NCBI GenBank assembly: GCA_963766645.1
Contig: CAVYAY010000003.1
Coordinates: forward strand, 352,554-416,553
Length of the DNA stretch: 64,000 nucleotides
Direction: 5' to 3'
DNA from: an uncultured Chloroflexia bacterium
GTDB taxonomy: Bacteria; Chloroflexota; Dehalococcoidia; DSTF01; WHTK01
Of this stretch, positions 29,718-38,254 are shown in pieces (position 1 is the stretch's first letter; each line of letters opens with the position of its first letter). The position numbers and the translations under genes were made by a program. The notes beneath the pieces were generated by a model. It searched no databases, was not told where the DNA came from, and saw only the letters and a list, made by a program, of their open reading frames with translations.

Positions 29718-31654
29718 GGACACGTCGAGTGCCGGCGCTATTTCGTCCTCGCATCTCTAGGCTTGGCGCCCGCGGCGCGCTACTCAGGGGCGGCGTGCTC
29801 CTCGGCCTCGGGCTCGGCGTCTTCATCGCTGGCGGCCGCGAATTGCGCCCGGAAGGCTCCGCCGACGGCGCGAACACAGTGGTCCAGTGCATCCAGGGCC
29901 GCTGCATTGAGATCGCCGCCGACACCGCCGACCCGTTGGAGATACTCACCGCCCAGGACGAGATCCAGCGCCTCGGCCGCATCCCACCCACGTTCAACGA
30001 GGTTGCGGCAAAGGCCGGCGTCGCTTTCCAGCACACGCGCGACGACAACTTTTTTAACTTTGGCGGTGGTGCCGCGGCAGGCGACTTCAACAATGACGGC
30101 TGGATCGATCTCTACGTCACGAATTCCGCCGGTCCTAACGCTCTCTACCGCAACAACGGCGACGGCACCTTCACCGACATCGCGCTAGCCGCGGGCGTCC
30201 TCGACGCTCAGGGACGCGGTGATGGCGTCGCCTGGGGCGACTTCGACAACGACGGCTGGCTCGACCTCTATGTTGCCAATTACGGCAGCAGCCGACTTTA
30301 CCGCAACAACGGTGACGAGACCTTCACGGACGTCACCGCCGCGGCCGGCGTCGCTGACCCCGATAACACCTACCGCACCACCGGCGCTGTCTGGGGCGAC
30401 TACGACCAGGATGGCTACCTCGACCTGCTCGTCGTCCGTCACATCGACGCGGTCGGTCCGCTCTTCACAATTACCGACACGGCCGCCATCGTCCTTCTGC
30501 GCATGTGCCGCACTGATGAGTTCTACGCCAACCCCAAAGTGCCTCGAGGCGTCGTCATTGGCGACTCACACGACTTCTCCAACCAGACGAAGCGCAACTT
30601 CGATGGCGGCGTCCGGCCCCTCAGCCTCTACCACAATCGCGGCGACGGCACCTTCGAAGACGTTACATCGTTGCTCGATGACGGCAAGGGCTACCCCAGC
30701 AACATCGAAGGCGCCAGCTTCAAGCCCGCCTTCGTCGACTACGACAATGACGGTGACCTCGACATCTACGTGGTCAACGACTACGGCTTCGAAATCTACC
30801 CTAACGTCCTCTGGCGCAATGACGGACGCGGACCAGACGGCACATGGAGATTTACTGACGTCTCAGACAAATCAGGCGCTAACCCACCGATCTTCGGCAT
30901 GGGTCTCGCCGCCGGCGACTACGACAACGACGGCGACCTCGATTTCTACGTCACCGATATCGGCTCCAGCCGCTTCTTCGAGAACCGCGCCGGCGTCTTC
31001 GAGGATGTGACGGACCGCACGGGCACCGGACGCGGCGTGATCCCCGAGAACGGCGACGTCAACCTCTCGATCGGCTGGGGCGCCGCATTCGCGGACCTCG
31101 ACAACGACGGCTGGCTCGACCTATACATGACGAACGGCCAGATTGACAGCGACCCTTGCTCAAATCTGCCGCATCAACCCAACGCGCTCTTCATCAACAA
31201 GGGCGACGGCACCTTCGCGGACGTCTCTCACGCCAGCCTCGCCAACGACCCAGGCACGAGCCGCGAGGTGGTTGATGCCGACTTCAACAACGACGGCCGC
31301 CTCGACCTCTTCGTCGTCAACATCGGCGCAATGGACGGCACGCTGGCGACCTCTCACCTCTTCCTCAACGCCGACACGTCCGGTAACCACTGGCTGCAGA
31401 TTCAGCCCGTCAGCGGCGAAAACAGGCTCTTCTCGGTCGGGGCAAGGGTGGAGGTGACGGTCAACGGAATCACCATGATGCAGTACGCGGGTCAGGCGCA
31501 GGGCCACATGTCGCAGTCCATGGTCCCAGTCCACTTCGGCGTCGGCCAAGCGCAGCGCGTCGATCGCATCGAGGTGCGCTGGCCCTCTGGCGCAGTGCAG
31601 AGCCTTAGAGACGTCCCGGTAGACCAACTCCTCGTCGTGGAGGAGCCCCACTAG
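29636..31654 (+). CDS. FG-GAP/VCBS-repeat protein with C-terminal ASPIC/UnbV domain (CRTAC1-like)
   Basis: Seven repeats of the type GDFNNDGWIDLYVTN, GDFDNDGWLDLYVANYG, VDYDNDGDLDIYVVNDYG and ADLDNDGWLDLYMTNG are present. The C-terminus is GARVEVTVNG...VHFGVGQAQRVDRIEVRWPSGAVQ. An N-terminal TM anchor is present. The real start may be the GTG near 29729. Confidence 0.85.
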   Translation: MDLHFRPRLHRLDPRLERGPGGIRWNLRTRRVPALFRPRISRLGARGALLRGGVLLGLGLGVFIAGGRELRPEGSADGANTVVQCIQGRCIEIAADTADPLEILTAQDEIQRLGRIPPTFNEVAAKAGVAFQHTRDDNFFNFGGGAAAGDFNNDGWIDLYVTNSAGPNALYRNNGDGTFTDIALAAGVLDAQGRGDGVAWGDFDNDGWLDLYVANYGSSRLYRNNGDETFTDVTAAAGVADPDNTYRTTGAVWGDYDQDGYLDLLVVRHIDAVGPLFTITDTAAIVLLRMCRTDEFYANPKVPRGVVIGDSHDFSNQTKRNFDGGVRPLSLYHNRGDGTFEDVTSLLDDGKGYPSNIEGASFKPAFVDYDNDGDLDIYVVNDYGFEIYPNVLWRNDGRGPDGTWRFTDVSDKSGANPPIFGMGLAAGDYDNDGDLDFYVTDIGSSRFFENRAGVFEDVTDRTGTGRGVIPENGDVNLSIGWGAAFADLDNDGWLDLYMTNGQIDSDPCSNLPHQPNALFINKGDGTFADVSHASLANDPGTSREVVDADFNNDGRLDLFVVNIGAMDGTLATSHLFLNADTSGNHWLQIQPVSGENRLFSVGARVEVTVNGITMMQYAGQAQGHMSQSMVPVHFGVGQAQRVDRIEVRWPSGAVQSLRDVPVDQLLVVEEPH

Positions 31655-31669
31655 CCGCTCGGCGCGAGG

Positions 31670-33256
31670 CTATTCGACCTCGCCATGCGGCAACGGCTTC
31701 GCGATGACCTCTTTGATCTGGTCGATAATGTCGGACTGGTCGTAGCCACGCAGCAAGTTGATCCGGTTGCGGCTCGGGTCGCCGCCGTGCCAGTACTCGT
31801 ATATGTCCTGCCGCATGCCGAAGGACGACATCGCCAGGTCGTGCGCGAAGCGGAAGAGCCGCGACTTGTACTCGACGTCGACGTCCTTGCCGCGCATGAA
31901 TTGCTCCAGGTAGGGGCGCAATTCGGGGTTCGCCAGGTCGTTCTCACTCGGCTGCATCACGATGCCGGAGCCGCACAGCTCGCGCAGCAGTTCCGTCATG
32001 TGCCAAGTCGTCTGTGCCATCCAGATGCCTATGGGCCCCGCCGGCGTCCCGAAGCGCTTGTTGGAGTGCTCGAGACCGTCCATCGCCAGCCGCAGCATCT
32101 CGCAGTTCGCCACCATCTCGCCGAGCTTCGAGTTCACCTCGCGGTACTCGTTGACGCCAATCGCCTCCGTGATCATCGTCGCGACGGCCGTCATCAAGCG
32201 GTAGCGGAACAGCGCGCGCTCCAGGTTGGCCCAGCCCGCGAAGTTCGCGTCGGCACCGCCCGGGCCCGCGAACGAGAAGACGCGCGCGGGCGATTCGTAG
32301 AGGAAGAAAATGCGGTCCCACGGCACCAGGACACGCTCGAAGAACAGCATGCAGTCCTGCTCGTCCAGCGCCTGCAACGGGTGGCCCCACGACCCGAACC
32401 AGCGGCCCACGGGCTCGCGAGCCAGGATCTTCAGCCCCTTCGAGTTCGTCGGGATCGAGAACGCCAGGACGAAGCGCGGGTCGTTTCGCGCGAAGAACGT
32501 TGCCGATAGGGACACGTAGGTCTCATTGCTGTGCACCGCCGCGGTCGAGAGCTGCTTGCCGCCCGAGACGATGACGCCCTCTGCCGTCTCCTCGACGACA
32601 TGCAGCGCGATCTCCTCGTCCTCCGGTGTGGCGCGCCGCTCGTTCTGCGGCTGCGTGCTGCGGTCTACCTGCGGGTCGCCGAGCGCGTGGGTGAGGAAGA
32701 GGTCGTTGTCGCGGCAGTAGCGGTAGTAGTTGAGGATGTTCTCGGCGAAGTCGCAGTGCTCGTTCTTGAACTGCGAGAACTGCTCGCGGCGCGGCACCAT
32801 GTTGCAGATGAATGGCGCGAGGATGTCCGGGCTGCGACCCAGCTGACCCCAGGTGAACTTATTCCAGAGCTGGCTGTTGCGGCGTTTGCGGGCCGACTCC
32901 TCCAAGTTCGTAGGCAGCAGCCATGAGAGGCTCGTCCGCACCCCGCTCTCGGGGTCGACGTAAGTCATCTCGTCGCGATACTCGGGGCTGTTTTGAAGGT
33001 CGTAGACGTCGGCCAGGGACCTGATCATGTCCTTGAACGCCGGATGCGTCGTGACGTCGTCGATGCGCTTGCCGTCCAGCCAGACCTCGCGTCCATCGCG
33101 AAGACTCTCGATGTAGCGGGCGCCGGTCATCGCGCCCGGGCCAAGGGCAGAAGACCCTCCGGCCGCGCCGTTTTTCGCGGCGCTCTTGCCATTTTTCGAG
33201 ATGGTTTTGCCGGAGGCTTTCAAAGCTTCATTGGATGTCATGAACCTGGTACTCAC
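31670..33256 (-). CDS. 4-hydroxyphenylacetate 3-monooxygenase (HpaB) family flavin-dependent oxygenase component, copy 1
   Basis: Intact ORF. It contains TGARYIESLRDGREVWLDGKRIDDVTTHPAFK and LFLTHALGDPQVDRS and fits the HpaB_N/HpaB_C pattern. It has no Cys-cluster motif of 4-hydroxybutyryl-CoA dehydratase. Alternative starts are 33241 and 33130. Confidence 0.8.
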   Translation of the reverse strand: MSTRFMTSNEALKASGKTISKNGKSAAKNGAAGGSSALGPGAMTGARYIESLRDGREVWLDGKRIDDVTTHPAFKDMIRSLADVYDLQNSPEYRDEMTYVDPESGVRTSLSWLLPTNLEESARKRRNSQLWNKFTWGQLGRSPDILAPFICNMVPRREQFSQFKNEHCDFAENILNYYRYCRDNDLFLTHALGDPQVDRSTQPQNERRATPEDEEIALHVVEETAEGVIVSGGKQLSTAAVHSNETYVSLSATFFARNDPRFVLAFSIPTNSKGLKILAREPVGRWFGSWGHPLQALDEQDCMLFFERVLVPWDRIFFLYESPARVFSFAGPGGADANFAGWANLERALFRYRLMTAVATMITEAIGVNEYREVNSKLGEMVANCEMLRLAMDGLEHSNKRFGTPAGPIGIWMAQTTWHMTELLRELCGSGIVMQPSENDLANPELRPYLEQFMRGKDVDVEYKSRLFRFAHDLAMSSFGMRQDIYEYWHGGDPSRNRINLLRGYDQSDIIDQIKEVIAKPLPHGEVE

Positions 33257-33262
33257 TATTAC

Positions 33263-33275
33263 TTAAGCAGCTTAA
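33263..33275. promoter_or_regulatory. Perfect palindrome TTAAGC-A-GCTTAA in the hpaB-like/marR divergent region (candidate MarR operator)
   Basis: Read directly from the sequence. It lies 7 nt upstream of the GTG at 33256 and 105 nt upstream of the marR ATG at 33380. Confidence 0.35.
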
Positions 33276-33379
33276 TCAATGCAGCCATCATACGGCCTTA
33301 ACGAGGTGTGTCAAGGCACGATCGTAAGGCTCTGATACCCTAAACTAGAACAGTCGGAATCGAAGGAGCCACAAACGGT

Positions 33380-33913
33380 ATGAATGAGTCAGCGGCGGTT
33401 GGTCAGGCCGATGTGCCACCCTCTCAGCGAACGCTCAACAGCTACACGCAGGCGTTCCCTGGCGCCGATGCCGAAGCGCTCGCCGCGCACCTTGCCTTGA
33501 CCTCCACGGGCGGCCTCCTAACGCGTGGTATCGAAGCCCGCATTCTCGAGCTCGGTTTCGACCTCTCACGACCGCGCTACACCATCGTCCGCACCCTTTA
33601 TCTCAGCCCAGACAACGCCATGGCCCAGAGCGAGCTTGCACAGGCACTGCGCGTGTCCGGGCCCAACGTCACTCAGCTCACCGATGGTCTCGTCGCCGAG
33701 GGATGGGTCGAACGCGTCGTCAATCCCGCCGACCGCAGGGTGGTCCACGCGCGTCTAACGAACGAAGGTAAGAAAAGGGCCGCCCGTCTCGTTCCCGCCA
33801 TCGTTGAGTACATGCAGGACTCCTGCAACCAGCTCAGCGCCGACGAGCAGGCCGAGCTGCGCCGCCTCCTCGACAAGGTGCGCCTCGGGGTCGAAGGCCA
33901 CGGTCACTCCTAG
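33380..33913 (+). CDS. MarR-family transcriptional regulator
   Basis: The RBS is GAAGGAG. The winged-helix region reads MAQSELAQALRVSGPNVTQLTDGLVAEGWVERVVNPADRRVVHARLTNEGKK. Confidence 0.85.
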   Translation: MNESAAVGQADVPPSQRTLNSYTQAFPGADAEALAAHLALTSTGGLLTRGIEARILELGFDLSRPRYTIVRTLYLSPDNAMAQSELAQALRVSGPNVTQLTDGLVAEGWVERVVNPADRRVVHARLTNEGKKRAARLVPAIVEYMQDSCNQLSADEQAELRRLLDKVRLGVEGHGHS

Positions 33914-33922
33914 CCAGATGCC

Positions 33923-34828
33923 CTACAGCGCGCCGCTCGCCTTCGCCGCCGCGAGATCCGGCTCGTAGCCCCACGTTTCAAAGCCACCGAGTCCGTGCTC
34001 CTCGTTGTAAGCCATCGCGCTCAGCCATTGGCCCGTCACGCCGCTCGCGTCCTGCTCGGCCAGGAACAGGGCCAGCGGCACCACGTTGTCGGCCCGGACG
34101 CGCTGCGGCGTCCAGTTGGGGCGGGCCTGGCCGCTGCGCTGACGAATTTCGTTGCGAACGGTCTCTTGCTCATCCGAGCCCGTCGTCGCCGTGTGGCCCG
34201 GAAGCAGCACATTCGCCGCGATGCCTGAGCCCTTCAACTCCTGCGCCAGGTAGATCGTCATCGACGACATCGCTGCCTTCGCAGGCTGGTACGAACCCTC
34301 GCGGCTCAGGCCGTAGCCCGTAGCTTCGCCCTGCCCGGCTCCGTGGGCATTCAGCACCTGGCTCGACGCCACGGTGATGATGCTGCCACGCTGCTTCTCC
34401 AGCATCGGCTGTGCGAACTTCTTGATCACGCGTAGGTTGCCGAAGACGTGGGTCCCGAACATCTTCTCCCACTCGCTGACGTCCGTCTCCAGCACGCTGA
34501 CGCTGCCGTGCGTGTCGAGATAGAGGTCGCGCTGCCGCGTGCCGCCGTTGGCGATGATCACGTCGATCGTGCCGAACTTCGCCATCGCCTTGTCGTAGAT
34601 CGCGTTCACGTGCGACTGCAGCGTCACGTCCATGACGCCGATCAGGACATTCTGGTCGCCCTCGATCTCGGCGCGGAAGTCGTGGTCGTCGTTCGAAACG
34701 CCCGTCGGGACCCAGGAAAGGTCCGTGGCGATGACTTTCGCCCCCTGCTGGATGAACGCACGCGTCATCTCGCGTCCCATGCCTCGCGCCGCGCCCGTGA
34801 TCAGAACAACCTTGCCTTCAACTGACAT
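33923..34828 (-). CDS. Short-chain dehydrogenase/reductase (SDR)
   Basis: It has VVLITGAARGMGREM and the catalytic YQPAK. Intact 301 aa. Confidence 0.8.
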   Translation of the reverse strand: MSVEGKVVLITGAARGMGREMTRAFIQQGAKVIATDLSWVPTGVSNDDHDFRAEIEGDQNVLIGVMDVTLQSHVNAIYDKAMAKFGTIDVIIANGGTRQRDLYLDTHGSVSVLETDVSEWEKMFGTHVFGNLRVIKKFAQPMLEKQRGSIITVASSQVLNAHGAGQGEATGYGLSREGSYQPAKAAMSSMTIYLAQELKGSGIAANVLLPGHTATTGSDEQETVRNEIRQRSGQARPNWTPQRVRADNVVPLALFLAEQDASGVTGQWLSAMAYNEEHGLGGFETWGYEPDLAAAKASGAL

Positions 34829-34957
34829 ATGGCCCCTCCTGCGGCTGATTCCAGCCGGCTCGGATTATAGGACGCCGGCGAGAAAAGTTCTTAAGTCACC
34901 TAAGCATTCAAGCTTGATCCGGAGTAAAATCAGGGGCAACAGAAGTAGGAGGTCGCA

Positions 34958-36334
34958 ATGCTCAGCAAACAAGACAACGACATTCTCTGCAAAGTCGGTC
35001 CCGGCACGCCAATGGGGAACGTTCTGCGCGAATACTGGGTTCCTGTCTTTATGTCGAGCGAGCTAACGGCCCCCGATTCTCCTCCGCAGCGCGTCCGCAT
35101 CCTGGGCGAAGACCTCATCGGCTTCCGCGCCACAAGCGGAGACGTCGGCCTCGTCGCCAATTCGTGTCCCCACCGCGGCGCGTCGCTCTTCTTCGGCCGC
35201 AACGAGGAAGACGGCCTGCGCTGCGTCTACCACGGCTGGAAGTTTGACGTCAGCGGCGCCTGTGTCGACATGCCGTCTGAGCCCGCCGAATCCAATTTCA
35301 AGAGCAAAGTCCGCGCCCACGCCTACCCGACGCAGGAGCGCAACGGTGTCGTTTGGGCTTACATGGGCTCACGCACTGGCTCAGACCTGCCGCCGCTGCC
35401 CGACATCGAGCCGAACATGCTGCCGGAGACGAGCACGCACGTTGAAAAGGCTATGCGCGACTGCAACTGGGTGCAGGGCCTCGAAGGCGACATCGACACC
35501 AGCCACCTCGCCTTCCTGCACCTCGGCGGCAACAAGCTCGAGGACGCCAAGCCCGGCTCGTTCGACTACTACACCATCGCCGATAAGGCTCCGCGCTACG
35601 ACGTGGTGGAAACCGAGTTCGGCACCTCCTACGGCGCCTACCGCCCGGCGGAAGCCGACACCTACTACTGGCGCGTCGCGCACTTCCTCTTCCCCTTCTA
35701 CACGATGATCCCGACCGGCCTGCTTGGAATGCAGATCCTGGTTCGCGCCTGGGTCCCAGTCGACGACGACCATATGATGTTCTGGAGCTTCGCCGTCCCC
35801 AGCACGCTGGCCTTCAACAACACCACGGCCGGCCAGGGCGCCCAGGGCGACGCCGAGGCGGCGAAGAACGCCGCCGGCAAGGCGCCACCGCGACGTCAGC
35901 GCCCCGGCTTCGACTACCTGCCGGACGAATCGCACTGGCTCGGCAAGTTCCGCCTCACCCAGAACCGCGAGAACGACTACCTGATCGACCGCGAGGCGCA
36001 ACGCACGACCTCGTACACCGGCATCCCGGGCATTCACCAGCAGGACCAGGCGATTACCGAGAGCATGGGCACGATTTACGAGCGAACGCGGGAGCACCTT
36101 GGCACCAGCGACGCGATGGTCATCCGCACTCGGCGCCGCATGATCAAGGCCGCGAAGGCGCTGGCCGAGGACGGCACGCTGCCGCCCGGAGTCGACGACC
36201 CGAAAATCTACCGCTATCGCTCCGGCGGCGTCATCCTGCCGCGCTCAGCCGACTGGCAAGAGGCGACCAAGAGCCTCCAGGCCGCCTTCGTCGAGCACAA
36301 GCCCGAGGAGCTCTTCGCCCCAACCGTTTCCTAA
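34958..36334 (+). CDS. Rieske oxygenase alpha subunit, phthalate-dioxygenase family, paralog 3
   Basis: MLSKQDNDILCKVGPGTPMGNVLREYWVP, CPHRGASLFFGRNEEDGLRCVYHGW and NWVQGLEGDIDTSHLAFLH are present. Intact 458 aa. The RBS is AGGAGG. Confidence 0.9.
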   Translation: MLSKQDNDILCKVGPGTPMGNVLREYWVPVFMSSELTAPDSPPQRVRILGEDLIGFRATSGDVGLVANSCPHRGASLFFGRNEEDGLRCVYHGWKFDVSGACVDMPSEPAESNFKSKVRAHAYPTQERNGVVWAYMGSRTGSDLPPLPDIEPNMLPETSTHVEKAMRDCNWVQGLEGDIDTSHLAFLHLGGNKLEDAKPGSFDYYTIADKAPRYDVVETEFGTSYGAYRPAEADTYYWRVAHFLFPFYTMIPTGLLGMQILVRAWVPVDDDHMMFWSFAVPSTLAFNNTTAGQGAQGDAEAAKNAAGKAPPRRQRPGFDYLPDESHWLGKFRLTQNRENDYLIDREAQRTTSYTGIPGIHQQDQAITESMGTIYERTREHLGTSDAMVIRTRRRMIKAAKALAEDGTLPPGVDDPKIYRYRSGGVILPRSADWQEATKSLQAAFVEHKPEELFAPTVS

Positions 36335-36355
36335 CGGGCATTACAAGAGTGCAGG

Positions 36356-36384
36356 AAAGGCTCGCCCTCGGGGGCGAGCCTTTT
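36356..36384. terminator. Bidirectional intrinsic terminator between convergent genes
   Basis: AAAGGCTCGCCC-TCGG-GGGCGAGCCTTTT has an A-tract upstream and a T-tract downstream. It lies 22 nt after the stop of the Rieske gene and 70 nt after the stop of the minus-strand CMD gene. Confidence 0.75.
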
Positions 36385-36453
36385 GCGTTGGATTCACCAT
36401 GACAACCCGCCCATCACTCCAGTCGGCCGTGAGCACTGGACAGGCCTCAGGGC

Positions 36454-37005
36454 TTAGACCGGCAGCACGTCCCCATCAGCCGGCGCCGCGACCTCAAACG
36501 CGTTCACGACGCCCGCCAGCATCCCGTAATACCCTACGACGGTTGTCATCTCGATCAGCCACGGCTCGCCGTAGCGATTCTTCAGCGCGTCGAAAGTCGC
36601 CTGGTCCACCCGGTTGCTGCGGAAGAGCTGCCGTACGTAAGTGACGATCTCGGCCTCGTGCGGCTCCAGCGCTGAAACGTCGCGTTTCTCCTTCACCACG
36701 GCGATCGCTTCCTCGCGAAGCCCGCTGCGGCGTCCGGCTGCTACCTGCGCCGCCCAGACGTAGAGGCAGTCTTTCTCTCGCGCGCCCGTAATAATCGCCA
36801 GCTCTTTCTCCGGCGACTTCACGATCGAGTCGTAGCGAAAGTAGTTGCCCAGCTCCAGCGCCGGCTTGTCCAGCGGCGGGCTGTGCAGAAGGATGCTGTG
36901 CGGCCCGCGGAGCCCCCCGAACACCTCCAGCACCGCGTCGACCACGCTCTGAAACTCGGGCGCCACTTGCGACTTGTCAGAAACAGGCACGATTCTCGGC
37001 ATCAT
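36454..37005 (-). CDS. Carboxymuconolactone decarboxylase (CMD/AhpD-like) family protein
   Basis: 183 aa. KDCLYVWAAQVAAGRRSGLREEAI and EPWLIEMTTVVGYYGMLAGVVNAF resemble CMD-domain helices. The call is moderate. Confidence 0.6.
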   Translation of the reverse strand: MMPRIVPVSDKSQVAPEFQSVVDAVLEVFGGLRGPHSILLHSPPLDKPALELGNYFRYDSIVKSPEKELAIITGAREKDCLYVWAAQVAAGRRSGLREEAIAVVKEKRDVSALEPHEAEIVTYVRQLFRSNRVDQATFDALKNRYGEPWLIEMTTVVGYYGMLAGVVNAFEVAAPADGDVLPV

Positions 37006-37121
37006 CTTCTCCTGGGTCCGGGGCGGAGCTCCGGCTTCAAAACGCCCCTGCGCAAACTACGCCAAACGTTGCGGTGCCGCCTTCAGCGGGGTCTCAGGGC
37101 GGATCCCCGGCTTCGACAATC

Positions 37122-38132
37122 CTAGCGTGCCGCCGCGTAGATCTGCTCGATGAGCTCCCATGTTTTGACCGTGTCGGCGAAGTTACAAGACGGTTGGCGC
37201 CCTTCCTTGACGCAATCGATGAAATAGCGGCTCTCGTGCCAGAACCCCAGCCAGTGCTCCGGCGTATTGCCGAACGGCTGGCCAAAGACGCGCGACTCGA
37301 ACACTTCGCGCTCCCCGCTGTCGGCAACGATGTAGCTCTCGCGCTCGGCGTCCACGTAGGCGCTGATGTTGCGGCCGTGAATCTCGGCCCGGAAGATGCC
37401 CGGCGCCGTCGCCCCTTCGCCCAGCGCTGAGCCACCGTTTGCGAGGTCGTAGTTCAGCTGCCCCACCGCGCCGGACGAGAACGCGACCTGCGCCATCACG
37501 GCGTTGGCCACCGGCCCCGGCGCGTACAACGTCCGCACGTGGCTCGAAACGCTGACCACGTCGCCGCCGCAGAGCCACCGCAAGTTGTCGACGGCGTGCA
37601 TGCCGTCCGACGTCAGCTGGTCGAGGATTCCCGTCGCCGCGGGTCGCTCGAAATCCCGCGTGGACTTCAAATTCGCCACCGCGACTGCGTGGATCGGCCC
37701 GCGTTCCTCCACCCGTGCCTTCAGTGCCGTCATCACGGGCAGGAATCGCCGCTGGAACCCCACCATCGTGATGCAGCCGTGCTGCTCGGCGTTGTATGCC
37801 AGCAGCTTGATCTGGTTCAGCGTCAGCCCAGGCGGCTTCTCGATGAAGACGTTGTACCCCTGCTTCAGCGCGAAAGTCACCGGCTCCTGGATCGCGTCCG
37901 GACCCATGATGATGTATACCGCCTGCGGGTCGACCTCCGCCAGCATCTGTTCGTAATCCGCGTAGGTCTTCGGCACGCCCCAGCGCTTTGCGGTCTCGGC
38001 GGCTCTCCCTTCGTCGCGGTCGCACAACGCCACCAGATCGACGTCCGGCTGGCTTGCGACGGACGGATAGTGGCGCCAGTTCGCCTGCTTCCCCGCACCA
38101 ATAAACGCAATTCGCAATTTCTGCTCGTTCAT
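37122..38132 (-). CDS. Gfo/Idh/MocA-family NAD(P)-dependent oxidoreductase
   Basis: MNEQKLRIAFIGAGKQANWRHYPS is an N-terminal Rossmann fold, and VFIEKPPG matches the family. It is divergent from Rieske paralog 4. Phthalate cis-dihydrodiol dehydrogenases belong to this family. Confidence 0.8.
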   Translation of the reverse strand: MNEQKLRIAFIGAGKQANWRHYPSVASQPDVDLVALCDRDEGRAAETAKRWGVPKTYADYEQMLAEVDPQAVYIIMGPDAIQEPVTFALKQGYNVFIEKPPGLTLNQIKLLAYNAEQHGCITMVGFQRRFLPVMTALKARVEERGPIHAVAVANLKSTRDFERPAATGILDQLTSDGMHAVDNLRWLCGGDVVSVSSHVRTLYAPGPVANAVMAQVAFSSGAVGQLNYDLANGGSALGEGATAPGIFRAEIHGRNISAYVDAERESYIVADSGEREVFESRVFGQPFGNTPEHWLGFWHESRYFIDCVKEGRQPSCNFADTVKTWELIEQIYAAAR

Positions 38133-38254
38133 CGCCCCGTCCTGTTCTACAGCCAGCCTTGTCTTCTCTGCGCGCGCCATTGTATCAACGCCAGGCCGCC
38201 CCGGATGCCGATTATTGCTGTAGACTTAACCCTAACGCGCACGGGAGGGAATAC

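Noticed and set aside
31670-33256. HpaB-family genes as 4-hydroxybutyryl-CoA dehydratases (same superfamily)
   Set aside because: Neither copy shows the Cys-rich [4Fe-4S] ligand pattern expected for the dehydratase. Both sit among aromatic oxygenase genes, so I kept the monooxygenase reading.
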